Source: Pirellulales bacterium
GTDB taxonomy: Bacteria > Planctomycetota > Planctomycetia > Pirellulales > Pirellulaceae
DNA length: 64,000 nt
Assembly: GCA_046349815.1 (NCBI GenBank)
Contig: JAXMBQ010000009.1
Coordinates: 111,532 to 175,531, forward strand
Reading direction: 5' to 3'
The notes beneath the pieces are model-generated. The model had not been told where the DNA came from. It saw nothing but the letters and a program-made list of their open reading frames with translations, and searched no databases. The translations under genes were made by a program, and so were the position numbers. This document shows positions 10,611-20,970 of the stretch, one piece after another (the first letter of the stretch is position 1; every line of letters begins with the position of its first letter).

Positions 10611-12179
10611 ATGAATTCAACAATCTCCTTGACCGATGTCCGAACCAATCGTTGTTCGAAGGCTGCTCCCCGAGCGGACAATATCTTTGAACAGCTGCGA
10701 GATCAAAACCGCAGTCGTGTGGACGGCCTATTCGCGATTCTGATGTTTGTGCAATACCTCGCCTTAGTCGGGACATCGATATGGTTAACTCCATATGCCT
10801 GGAATGGGCGGGGTCTAGAGGTCCATCAACACGTGTGGCTGGCAATCCTCGGCGGCGGCGTGATCGCACTCGTCCCGGCGATTTGCTGCGGACTCTATCG
10901 CGGTTCCGTGTGGAACGAGTGGATGATTGCCGTGGCTCAGATGACTGTCTCCGCCATGTTTATCCATCTCACCGGCGGCCACATTGAATCGCATTTCCAC
11001 GTCTTCGGGTCCCTAGCCTTCCTCGCCATGTACCGAGACTGGCGAGTCCTCATCATCGGCACGGCCGTCATCGCTTCGGATCACCTGCTGCGAGCCGTTT
11101 ACTTCCCGTTCTCAGCATTCGGTGTCGATGAGCCTTCGCTGTTCAAAGCGTTTGAACACGCGGGATGGGTTGTGTTTGAAGATACGATTCTGCTGTACTA
11201 CGCGATTTCAGGAACGAAGGAATGGCGACAGATCGCGAATCAGCGAGCGGGCATTCAAGCCGAATATGAACTACTGTTCCGCGAGGTCCGCGGCCTGCAT
11301 CGCGAGATCCTCGACGCGGCCGCCGGCGCAGCACCACAGGGTGCGTCGGATGATTCTCAGTCCAACGCACGGAAGGCAACCTCGGAAGCGCCGATTTGGT
11401 TTGCACAGTTCAGCGATCTTCGTTCCGCGGTCCGTCAATTGGTCGATTGTTGGCGCAGCGTGAACTCCAGTTCGACCGGACTACAGTCTCGTTCTCAAGA
11501 AGTCCTCGCCGGTACTTTGAGACAAGAGTCGGCGATGGGGCATGTCTTGCAACATGTTGATCAGCTAGCCGCCACCATCGGAGAGATTCAAGCGTTTACG
11601 CAAGACACGACGCATCGAGTCAGTACGGCGATTTCCCTGGCTTCAGACAGTAGAGAGACACTGGACGCATCGAATCGAACGATCTCGGATGTTCAAGAAC
11701 TGGCGGGCCGCATTCGTGAGATGGCTAAGGAAATTCAGTCCATCGCTTCCATGACGAATCTCCTGGCACTCAACGCGACCATCGAGTCGGCTCGCGCCGG
11801 TGAGGCGGGCAAAGGCTTCGGAGTCGTAGCTTGCGAAGTCAAGGAACTGGCCCGACGCACCAATGCCACGGCTCATTCCATCACTCAAGTCATCGAAGAA
11901 GCGGTGGAGCAAGTCCAAACCGGCATCACGACAGGCCATGAAACGGCGGGCAAGCTGGCGGCGATCATGGAGTGCATTGAAGGGATCGATCAACAGATGG
12001 CTCACATCAATGATTCCACTCGATTCCATGCGGATACTGCGGAGTCGATATTGGGCCTGATCACTGATGTATCGGACATCGTTAAGAGTTCGGCTGCCAA
12101 CTCGCGCGAATTGGCTGAGGCCAGCGAGCAATTGACTCGGCAGGCCAATCGATTGGAAACACTCGGCGCTCGCGTCTGA
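10611..12179 (+). CDS. Methyl-accepting chemotaxis protein with intramembrane sensor domain
   Basis: [37 protein letters not shown] hairpin-tip signature; N-terminal multi-TM domain with [15 protein letters not shown] and YRDW. Confidence 0.9.
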   Translation: MNSTISLTDVRTNRCSKAAPRADNIFEQLRDQNRSRVDGLFAILMFVQYLALVGTSIWLTPYAWNGRGLEVHQHVWLAILGGGVIALVPAICCGLYRGSVWNEWMIAVAQMTVSAMFIHLTGGHIESHFHVFGSLAFLAMYRDWRVLIIGTAVIASDHLLRAVYFPFSAFGVDEPSLFKAFEHAGWVVFEDTILLYYAISGTKEWRQIANQRAGIQAEYELLFREVRGLHREILDAAAGAAPQGASDDSQSNARKATSEAPIWFAQFSDLRSAVRQLVDCWRSVNSSSTGLQSRSQEVLAGTLRQESAMGHVLQHVDQLAATIGEIQAFTQDTTHRVSTAISLASDSRETLDASNRTISDVQELAGRIREMAKEIQSIASMTNLLALNATIESARAGEAGKGFGVVACEVKELARRTNATAHSITQVIEEAVEQVQTGITTGHETAGKLAAIMECIEGIDQQMAHINDSTRFHADTAESILGLITDVSDIVKSSAANSRELAEASEQLTRQANRLETLGARV

Positions 12180-12321
12180 TCGAAAGCCAATCGCCTGCAG
12201 GCGGTTGGTCATCCGTCGAGCTTGTGTTAGCCTATCCGCACGCGGGTGACGCGGAGCCTTTCCATGCGCTCCTTTTCCTCGCTGCCGATTCGCAATCGTC
12301 CGAACTGTGCGCAGGGTGCCG

Positions 12322-13476
12322 ATGAACAAGCCTGATCGAGGACTGAATTCCGCGGAGCAAGCGGCTGAGCGTGCGGCGAGCCGCATGACGCATGAGCATC
12401 AGTTGCAGACGCTATGCTTGGCCGTATTGGCTGTGACGGCGGCCGGTTTTTCACTTTACTTTCTTCGCTCCGTGCTCCTGCCGTTTGTACTGGCTCTCTT
12501 TTTTGTGTGCGGCATCGATCCGATTCTGACTCGCATCCAGAGCTTTCAACGAGTGCCTCGGCCGGTAGCGGTCGCGATTACATTTGCCTGCGGACTCGGG
12601 CTCGTCCTGCTCTTCTGGTTGTTGATTTGGATATCGATTGCATCGTTGGCCGAGAACTCTCATGTCTACCGAGCTCGCGTCGGCAGAGCCGTGCATTCGG
12701 TGTCGATGAAGCTCCGCGAATGGCTGCCCGCCGAAGAAGAAGCGGCGGTTGAAAGCGGTGATCCGGAAGATCCGTCGCATCCGCCGGCTGTCCCTACTCC
12801 AGTCTCACCGCAACATAGGGACATCAATATCCAAGCCTATGCCATGGCCGGATTGCAGAACTCCCTTCAGGCCCTCTCCTCCATGCTCTTCGAACTGATG
12901 GGCAATGCGGTGATGATTGCATTGTTCATGTTCTTCATGCTGACCGGCAGTTCACAATCGATGATGCGACGCCCGCAGTTATGGCTGGAGATCGAAGCAC
13001 AAATCCGCGAGTACATCGTGATGAAGACTCTCATCTCCGCAGGTACCGGTTTAGCCGTGTGGTTTGTCTTGATGTTGTTTGGCGTTCCGCTGGCCACCGT
13101 CTTCGGCTTGGTCGCGTTCTTCGTCAACTTCATCCCGAACGTCGGGCCGATGCTGATGTGCGTGCTTCCCTTGCCGCTGATCTTCCTCGATCCCAAACTC
13201 AGCCTTCCCGCTATGATTACTGCCGCCTGTTTGATGTCGGCTATTCAGTTCGTGAGCGGCAGTGTGGTCGAGCCCAAGATGATGGGGTCGTCCTTCAACT
13301 TGCATCCCGTCGTCATCATGCTAACGCTTTTGTTGTGGGGTGTCATTTGGGGCTTACCCGGCATGTTCTTGTCGACACCGATCACGGCTGCGCTTCGTAT
13401 CGTGCTCGACAAGTTCGATTACACGCGACCGGTCGCTCGATTGCTCGCCGGCCGTTTGCACGCTGATCCTAGTTAA
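12322..13476 (+). CDS. AI-2E family transporter
   Basis: NFIPNVGP, VEPKMMG.SFNLHP and WG.IWG.PGMFLSTP motifs; hydrophobic throughout. Confidence 0.9.
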   Translation: MNKPDRGLNSAEQAAERAASRMTHEHQLQTLCLAVLAVTAAGFSLYFLRSVLLPFVLALFFVCGIDPILTRIQSFQRVPRPVAVAITFACGLGLVLLFWLLIWISIASLAENSHVYRARVGRAVHSVSMKLREWLPAEEEAAVESGDPEDPSHPPAVPTPVSPQHRDINIQAYAMAGLQNSLQALSSMLFELMGNAVMIALFMFFMLTGSSQSMMRRPQLWLEIEAQIREYIVMKTLISAGTGLAVWFVLMLFGVPLATVFGLVAFFVNFIPNVGPMLMCVLPLPLIFLDPKLSLPAMITAACLMSAIQFVSGSVVEPKMMGSSFNLHPVVIMLTLLLWGVIWGLPGMFLSTPITAALRIVLDKFDYTRPVARLLAGRLHADPS

Positions 13477-13479
13477 CCT

Positions 13480-15354
13480 CTATTCAGGCAATCGCAAGCT
13501 GGTTTCGTCGCGGGCCTTGAGCAGTTCACGACCGGCCGCTTCATTCCAGCCTTGTTCGGTCATCAACAGCGCCGGTCGATCGATGCGCGGTTGCGATGGT
13601 TCCAGTTCCAGCCAACGTCGCACGACTTCGGTTCGATTGCGCTCGAGTTGTTCGTCGGAACCGATGAAATCGATCCCCTCAAAGGACATCGTCTTGTTCT
13701 TCTTGAGTGACTGTACAACCTGGTATCGCACGGCTGTATACGGGTCATGCAAAACTTGTGCTAACAGCGGCGATTGCCAGTCGGAACCGCCGATCTGCTG
13801 CGCGGGTTCCCAGCCCAAATGCCAAGCGGCGATCGCGCGTTGAACTCCGTCACCTTTCAACAACCAAATCACCGCAGCCGCTGTGTTGCACTCCTCGTCG
13901 CTCAGCTCGACCTGCTTGTGACCGAACTGCCGAGCCAAATTGTTGTTGGTCCATTCCAGCGTGCGGTCAATGTGACATAAGTTGCAAGCGTTCGGCATCA
14001 CACCGGTCCCGATCGATTCGACGCGCGGCGACGTGACTCGATGACTGCGAAGAGCGGTCATCAATGCGTAGGATGTATAGGGCATATGACAATTCAAGCA
14101 GTTGCTACCCGTTGAGTCCGTCTCATGGTGTGTGTGCTGCGCTAAGTCTGCGTTGAACCGCGGTTCGGTATGGCATTGTTGACACGAACGATTCCCGTCG
14201 AGCGCAGGTTTCAGCAGGTCGTTCGGATCCGCTTCGTGCATCGAGTGGCAGGAGAGGCACGACATCTTTCCTTTCTCGACGCATGGCGACTTGATCATCG
14301 CGTTGTATTCATCTCCTCCGACGCGACATGTACCGTCATTCCAAAATGTGTTTCGATAGCGGTCTCCGAACTGACGATAGATGTCGTCGCCCTTGCTGAC
14401 GACTTGATGCGAACGTTCGAATGGGCCGCCTGCGCGGTAGGGCAAACCCTTCGTCCAAAAGGCGAGCGGATCGGACGGCACAAACTCGCTGTGACATTGG
14501 CCGCAGATCTGCGATTGAGCCGCCGGATCGGCTGCACTGGGACTGAAGATATCTTTGCGATCCTCAACCGTTCGCACGGTACCGTTGCGCTTGGCCGCGC
14601 GTTCGGCCGACACGTGCTTGGCCCCTGGACCATGGCATGATTCACATGCGATACCGAATTCCACTGTTTTCGTTTGCAGCGGACCTTCATGAGGCAGGCC
14701 GCCCGGGATTCCCGCAACACTATGACACTTCACGCAGATCGTGCCCCAACTGACCAGTTCGACATCTCTTTCCGGTGTCCGCAGGAAAACGTCTTCGCGC
14801 GGAATCCAACGCTGCTCGGCGAGGTGATAGTAAAAGGGCAATTGCAAGACTTCATTCCCCTTGCCTCGCGGGAACCAGTAGCCTTGCATATGGTGTGATC
14901 CGGTCGTCATCACTACCGGACGCGTAACCATCGGAGCGTCGGGGAGCTCAGCCGCATTACGACCTTGTTTAAACTGTTCGGCCTCCCAATCGGGGTCGAT
15001 CGTAGTTACGAAGAATTGATCGTCACGTCGAGTGAGCGTGTAACTGCGACCGCGAGATTCGAGCCGGACATCATCAAATGGAGCCAATACGGTTGCCGGT
15101 TCCGCAAGTTGTGTCATGGTGCGATGGAATGTGCGGTGCCAAGACTCATGCTCTTTCGGATGACAGTCGCGACACGCAGCAGAGGATACAAATCCGCGAT
15201 CCGATGCCATTACAGCCGGCCTCAATTCAGCGGGCGAGCCTTCCTCTTCCGATTGCAATTTCGACTTTCTCGGTCGCGTATTGAATATCACGACGACAAT
15301 TACCGCCGACACGGCCAAGATGAACAGCGGAATGAAATGGCGGCGCGTCATCAC
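13480..15354 (-). CDS. Membrane-anchored multiheme c-type cytochrome (8 CxxCH) with C-terminal HEAT-like helices
   Basis: CRDCH, CVKCH, CESCH, CGQCH, CLSCH, CQQCH, CLNCH, CNLCH; N-terminal TM. Confidence 0.9.
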   Translation of the reverse strand: MMTRRHFIPLFILAVSAVIVVVIFNTRPRKSKLQSEEEGSPAELRPAVMASDRGFVSSAACRDCHPKEHESWHRTFHRTMTQLAEPATVLAPFDDVRLESRGRSYTLTRRDDQFFVTTIDPDWEAEQFKQGRNAAELPDAPMVTRPVVMTTGSHHMQGYWFPRGKGNEVLQLPFYYHLAEQRWIPREDVFLRTPERDVELVSWGTICVKCHSVAGIPGGLPHEGPLQTKTVEFGIACESCHGPGAKHVSAERAAKRNGTVRTVEDRKDIFSPSAADPAAQSQICGQCHSEFVPSDPLAFWTKGLPYRAGGPFERSHQVVSKGDDIYRQFGDRYRNTFWNDGTCRVGGDEYNAMIKSPCVEKGKMSCLSCHSMHEADPNDLLKPALDGNRSCQQCHTEPRFNADLAQHTHHETDSTGSNCLNCHMPYTSYALMTALRSHRVTSPRVESIGTGVMPNACNLCHIDRTLEWTNNNLARQFGHKQVELSDEECNTAAAVIWLLKGDGVQRAIAAWHLGWEPAQQIGGSDWQSPLLAQVLHDPYTAVRYQVVQSLKKNKTMSFEGIDFIGSDEQLERNRTEVVRRWLELEPSQPRIDRPALLMTEQGWNEAAGRELLKARDETSLRLPE

Positions 15355-15777
15355 TTATACGACATCCGAGCTGAGGATCTGCGGCGAGGCATAGAACACG
15401 GCTAACCAAATCGTCGGCGTTTGCGACGAAGTTTTCAAGACACGATGCTTCCGTCCGGCCTCGATTCGCAGCCAGTCTCCGCTTTGCAGCCGAATGATCT
15501 CCGGAGGATCAAGGCATTCCAACTCTGCTTCCCCCTGCAATACAACAACCCATTCATCCTCTGACTGGTCGTACCAGAAACCGGGGGGCGAAGCCTGGCC
15601 GTACGATACAATGCGCTCGATGCGTACGGCTGCGGAAACGGCCAAGGGGTCGAAATGTTCCGCATCACGCTGGGCCGGAAGATCGCGGAACAGGTTGCCC
15701 GACTCAGGGAATGGCGGCATCGAAATCATCGCTGAAAATCTCCCGTTACTTTCTTTCAATCCGAAGCGGCACGTCAA
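15355..15777 (-). CDS. Cupin domain protein
   Basis: RIERIVSYGQASPPGFWYDQSEDEWVVVLQGEA...GRKHRV...WLAVF; true start is probably about 15727. Confidence 0.85.
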   Translation of the reverse strand: MTCRFGLKESNGRFSAMISMPPFPESGNLFRDLPAQRDAEHFDPLAVSAAVRIERIVSYGQASPPGFWYDQSEDEWVVVLQGEAELECLDPPEIIRLQSGDWLRIEAGRKHRVLKTSSQTPTIWLAVFYASPQILSSDVV

Positions 15778-15885
15778 ATCGACCCGTAACCACGCGGTGG
15801 AAACCGATTAAAATCCATCGTCTTCGGCTAAAATCGCTTTATCTCCCAACCCCGATTGTTATTCAAAAACAACAAGGACACCAAC

Positions 15886-17256
<1,371 letters not shown>

Positions 17257-17297
17257 GTGCTGCGGGCACTTACTCCGTGATGCGGCAACATCCTCCC

Positions 17298-17324
17298 CTG
17301 AGCGGAAGGACGAAGTCCTCCGGC
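17298..17324 (+). repeat. REP-like palindromic unit, copy A (CTGAGCGGAAGGACGAAGTCCTCCGGC)
   Basis: Near-identical unit at 34871-34897 with a compensatory stem change. Confidence 0.65.
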
Positions 17325-17418
17325 CCCGGGCCGCCGCAAACCATCGCGCACACCAATCACCTCAACCGACCAACCCGCGCTGCGCGCATCGCCTCGCAGT
17401 GCGGTCATTCTCAGTCGG

Positions 17419-19506
17419 TCAGTCTTTCCACGGGTGAGCGATCTTCTTCCAGTATTCTTCAAACGCACCGTCGTGCTGGAAGTTGGGGCTGTTGTCCAAG
17501 TCGTGACACTCGAGACAGCGATTCTTGGCTTCGGCCAGCGGCAATCGCATCTGTTCCTGCAATCTCTTCAATTCATCGGCGGCGACCTTGATGTCTCCGT
17601 TCTCAGCCTGCACGTGAGCCGAACCGGGACCGTGACAGTTCTCACATCCGCTACCGGTCAGCTTCGGCGTACGTTCGAGCGATTCGTAACCGGTTGCATA
17701 CGGGAAATAATGCTGAGCGTTCCAGCCCGTCACATGGCAGCTCAAACATTCCGGGTCGAAGTGTCTCGCGATCTCGGAGCGGGCAGGCGGCTTGATCAAC
17801 GACTCGGTCGCTTTCGCATGCGGCGTGCTCTCCCACTTTTCAAACGCTTTCGTGTGACAGTCGGCGCAGGCTTGACTGCCGACGAATTGACGGCCGTCAG
17901 GATACGTGGCGAAACTGATACCGAGCTTTTCAAAGCCCATGGATTGCAGTTGCTTTTGGTATTCCTCAAACAGCTTCGTCATCCGCGGCGAGTCCTCAAA
18001 CTGCGAGCTCAAAGCCACGCGTTGATAACGAACCGGCGTGTCGCTGCCCGGATAGATGCCGAGCAGTCCGACATACATTCCTTTGGTACCGACTTGAACC
18101 ATGACTGCATCCGACTTTTCAATCGGTTCCGGTTTGTAAGTCGGCTCGCCGTAACCGCCTGCCGTTACCACCAGATTAAAGCCAGGCACGGCGCGAGCCA
18201 TCTCGGCCGATTCCTCGAGTGATGCATGAGCCAGCAACACGTTGTAGTCGCACTTGGCCTGCTTCAGATCGACCATGACCTTCTTGAGCGCTTCGATCGG
18301 ATCCGATGTGCTTACGTCATCGTTCTGAGTCAATTTCTTGCGCAGCGAATCACCGAGGGCTGCAGTCACTCCGATGCGGCGACCGTTTGCTTCGATTACA
18401 TGGGACTTGAGCATGAATTCTTCGAGCAGCACATAGCTGTTCGCAGATACAAACGCCAAGTTCGGAGCTGTCGAGTCGGCTGCGGGTTCCGGAGCCGTTT
18501 CAGTAACCAGATCGCCGCTCGACAGACGCAAATCATCGACACCTAATGTGGCAGCGCGATATCCCATCGCCTTGATCGCTTTGACGCTCGTCTGCAACTT
18601 GACCAGCGCTTGCACACCTTGGCGACGCTCGAGACTGCCGACATCCATCGGCACCACGTCCCAGCCTCGATCTCTCACTTGCTTCAGAAGAGTATCGCGA
18701 CGATTGATGCCTCCCTTTTGATTTTCGAGACCAGTGCAACCGCACGGTTCGAGATAGCCTTGTTGTTGTCCGGTAAGGAACAACAGCACTTGCGGCTTGG
18801 GCCAGTCCTCAGCGATCTTCTGATGTTTGTCCGCCTCCGTGGCTACGTTGGCTTCATCGGGCAGTTTCTGTTGCGGAGACTTTTGTTCGGTGCGGGTCCC
18901 AACGGTCAAAACTTGCGGTTCATTCGTTTCCGGTTCAGCCGGCGTCGGCTCGTTCGATTCGGTCTCTGTCTGTTCCAGCGACAACGGGCTCCCAAGCCTT
19001 ACCGAACCGGTCGGTTCCGTGTCATCGGAGGGAAGCGGAACTGTGTCCGTGGTTGAAGTTGTCGCCGCGGCGCTCGAACCCAATTCGGCCGGCAGCTCAG
19101 GCGCAGGCTCATCGCCGTTATCCGCATTGCCCCGCGGTGTCGTCGATAACGCAGATGCGATATCGAATTGGAACGGGCGAGTCGGAATCGTTTCGCTTGC
19201 GACCTGCGCCTCGATGGGATCGGGCGCCGCTACACCGAAGGTCACGAAACCATTTTCATCGACCGGCACATCCTTCGGCACTTCGCGTTTCGCGGGCGAC
19301 GAATCGACGGACGCAGCGGAGCTGTTCACCGTTTGAGATGTTGAATTAGAAGCAGTCGATCGCGTCCCATCGGCTGACTGATCTGCACAGCCGCTGAATG
19401 AGCCTGCAACAATTGCGAGCAAAGCACATTTCAAAGTGTGGCGTCGACGTCCTCGCTGCATGATGAAAGCGAAACGACGACGCATACTTGAATTCGACAT
19501 CGACAA
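17419..19506 (-). CDS. Lipoprotein: S/T/P-rich linker + 5'-nucleotidase/UshA-like domain (GYLEPCGC) + c554-like tetraheme domain
   Basis: Lipobox-like FSGC; GYLEPCGC..KGGINRR; CADCH, CLSCH, CENCH, CLECH. Confidence 0.85.
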   Translation of the reverse strand: MSMSNSSMRRRFAFIMQRGRRRHTLKCALLAIVAGSFSGCADQSADGTRSTASNSTSQTVNSSAASVDSSPAKREVPKDVPVDENGFVTFGVAAPDPIEAQVASETIPTRPFQFDIASALSTTPRGNADNGDEPAPELPAELGSSAAATTSTTDTVPLPSDDTEPTGSVRLGSPLSLEQTETESNEPTPAEPETNEPQVLTVGTRTEQKSPQQKLPDEANVATEADKHQKIAEDWPKPQVLLFLTGQQQGYLEPCGCTGLENQKGGINRRDTLLKQVRDRGWDVVPMDVGSLERRQGVQALVKLQTSVKAIKAMGYRAATLGVDDLRLSSGDLVTETAPEPAADSTAPNLAFVSANSYVLLEEFMLKSHVIEANGRRIGVTAALGDSLRKKLTQNDDVSTSDPIEALKKVMVDLKQAKCDYNVLLAHASLEESAEMARAVPGFNLVVTAGGYGEPTYKPEPIEKSDAVMVQVGTKGMYVGLLGIYPGSDTPVRYQRVALSSQFEDSPRMTKLFEEYQKQLQSMGFEKLGISFATYPDGRQFVGSQACADCHTKAFEKWESTPHAKATESLIKPPARSEIARHFDPECLSCHVTGWNAQHYFPYATGYESLERTPKLTGSGCENCHGPGSAHVQAENGDIKVAADELKRLQEQMRLPLAEAKNRCLECHDLDNSPNFQHDGAFEEYWKKIAHPWKD

Positions 19507-19587
19507 CTCCCTCTGTGAGCCGATTGCTCGCCGATAACGCCGGATCTCTGTCGAGTGTTGCTAGCAAACAACTCCCGGATGGCGCAG

Positions 19588-20793
19588 CTACTCAGTCGTG
19601 ACCGTCATTCGCACATTGATGACGATCTGTTCGATATGGGGATGGTTTGTCTTGATTACGATCTTTCCGAAGTTCTCTTTGTTGGAACCTGGAAAATCGA
19701 CGGCGGCCGTCCCCTTTGGAATGTTCATGTTTATCGGAAAAAGGACCCGTTTGCTTTGTACTTTCGGCTCGCCGACGGTGACATTGAGCACATTCGGGAT
19801 AACTTCCGCCACTTCGAACTTGACGTCGTTGCGAGCTTCTCCCTGCACGGACAAGTGCAATCGACCATCGTACCCCTCGCTACTCTTGATCGTTCCGAGG
19901 CTGAGCACGCGGAATTTCTGATCGTAGTTGGTCCCGGAGATGACTTGCACATCGCCCACGCCGTTACCCATGACCGGGATTTCGAGCGGTTCCATCTCGG
20001 GCAACGAAGTCTTGATACGGACATGAGACTGAAACGCGCCGAGCGGCATGCCGGGGGCAATCTTCAAAGTGATCTCAGCGGCTGCAGTCGTGCGAGGACT
20101 GTCTTTCAAGCGCGGATCATCGGCAGGGATCAATTCCGAAGTCAAAGTAATACGATCAGCCGTCTTCGCGTCGGTCCAACTCAGCGAGTCGATCCCCACC
20201 GCTTCCGGATGGTAGCTCATAAAGCGGACCTTGCGTTCGATCGGCTGCGAGACCGAGTAATCATCGAGCACGATTGTATCCGGATCGAATAGGAACACTT
20301 TGCGAACTAAACCGGTGACGGTCAGTAACAGTTCGGGGTGGTTCGGATCATTCGTCGCGATCGTCGCGCTCTGGCCGAACTTGTCGAGCACACCCAGCGC
20401 TTTCCATTCCAAGTTGATCGTCGTTTCTTCACCCGGATCGAGCACGGAATCGGTCAGCGTGCCGATCGTGCACTTGCAGGTTGAACCCGCCACTCGCAGT
20501 TCCAGCGGCGCTTTCCCGATATTGCGAATGCGGAACCCGTGGCTCTTCTTCGATCCCTGCTGCATCTCACCGAAATCATAGCGAGCGCCGTCGATCACTT
20601 CGACTCGCGGTTCCAAACCGGTCGCTTCTTGCGGCGCAGGTTTTTCGCCTTGAGCCACTTTCACATTGCCGATCGCCGCGACCTTGCTCCCCATACGCTC
20701 TTCGACGGTGCCATAGAGCACCATGTATTGGAGCCAACCGCCGGCCAACCCTAATAACAACAGACCGACAATAACTGCGAACAGGCGAGGCAT
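19588..20793 (-). CDS. DUF1573 domain (Ig-like) membrane-anchored protein
   Basis: YDFGEM...F.IRNIGKAPL......STCKCT and TNDP motifs. Confidence 0.85.
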   Translation of the reverse strand: MPRLFAVIVGLLLLGLAGGWLQYMVLYGTVEERMGSKVAAIGNVKVAQGEKPAPQEATGLEPRVEVIDGARYDFGEMQQGSKKSHGFRIRNIGKAPLELRVAGSTCKCTIGTLTDSVLDPGEETTINLEWKALGVLDKFGQSATIATNDPNHPELLLTVTGLVRKVFLFDPDTIVLDDYSVSQPIERKVRFMSYHPEAVGIDSLSWTDAKTADRITLTSELIPADDPRLKDSPRTTAAAEITLKIAPGMPLGAFQSHVRIKTSLPEMEPLEIPVMGNGVGDVQVISGTNYDQKFRVLSLGTIKSSEGYDGRLHLSVQGEARNDVKFEVAEVIPNVLNVTVGEPKVQSKRVLFPINMNIPKGTAAVDFPGSNKENFGKIVIKTNHPHIEQIVINVRMTVTTE

Positions 20794-20970
20794 ATACTTT
20801 TCCGTAATCGTTTCGTTGCGACTCGATCTCTAACTTTGGAACACGACTTCAGCGATGATCCGCCGCGTCGATCAATCGATTGTATCACGGCCGACTGCGG
20901 CATCGAGTTTCAGGGTTGGCTCGTCACGAGCAGGGGCCGTTATCTCAGCTTGTACGATTTACCCCTGCAT

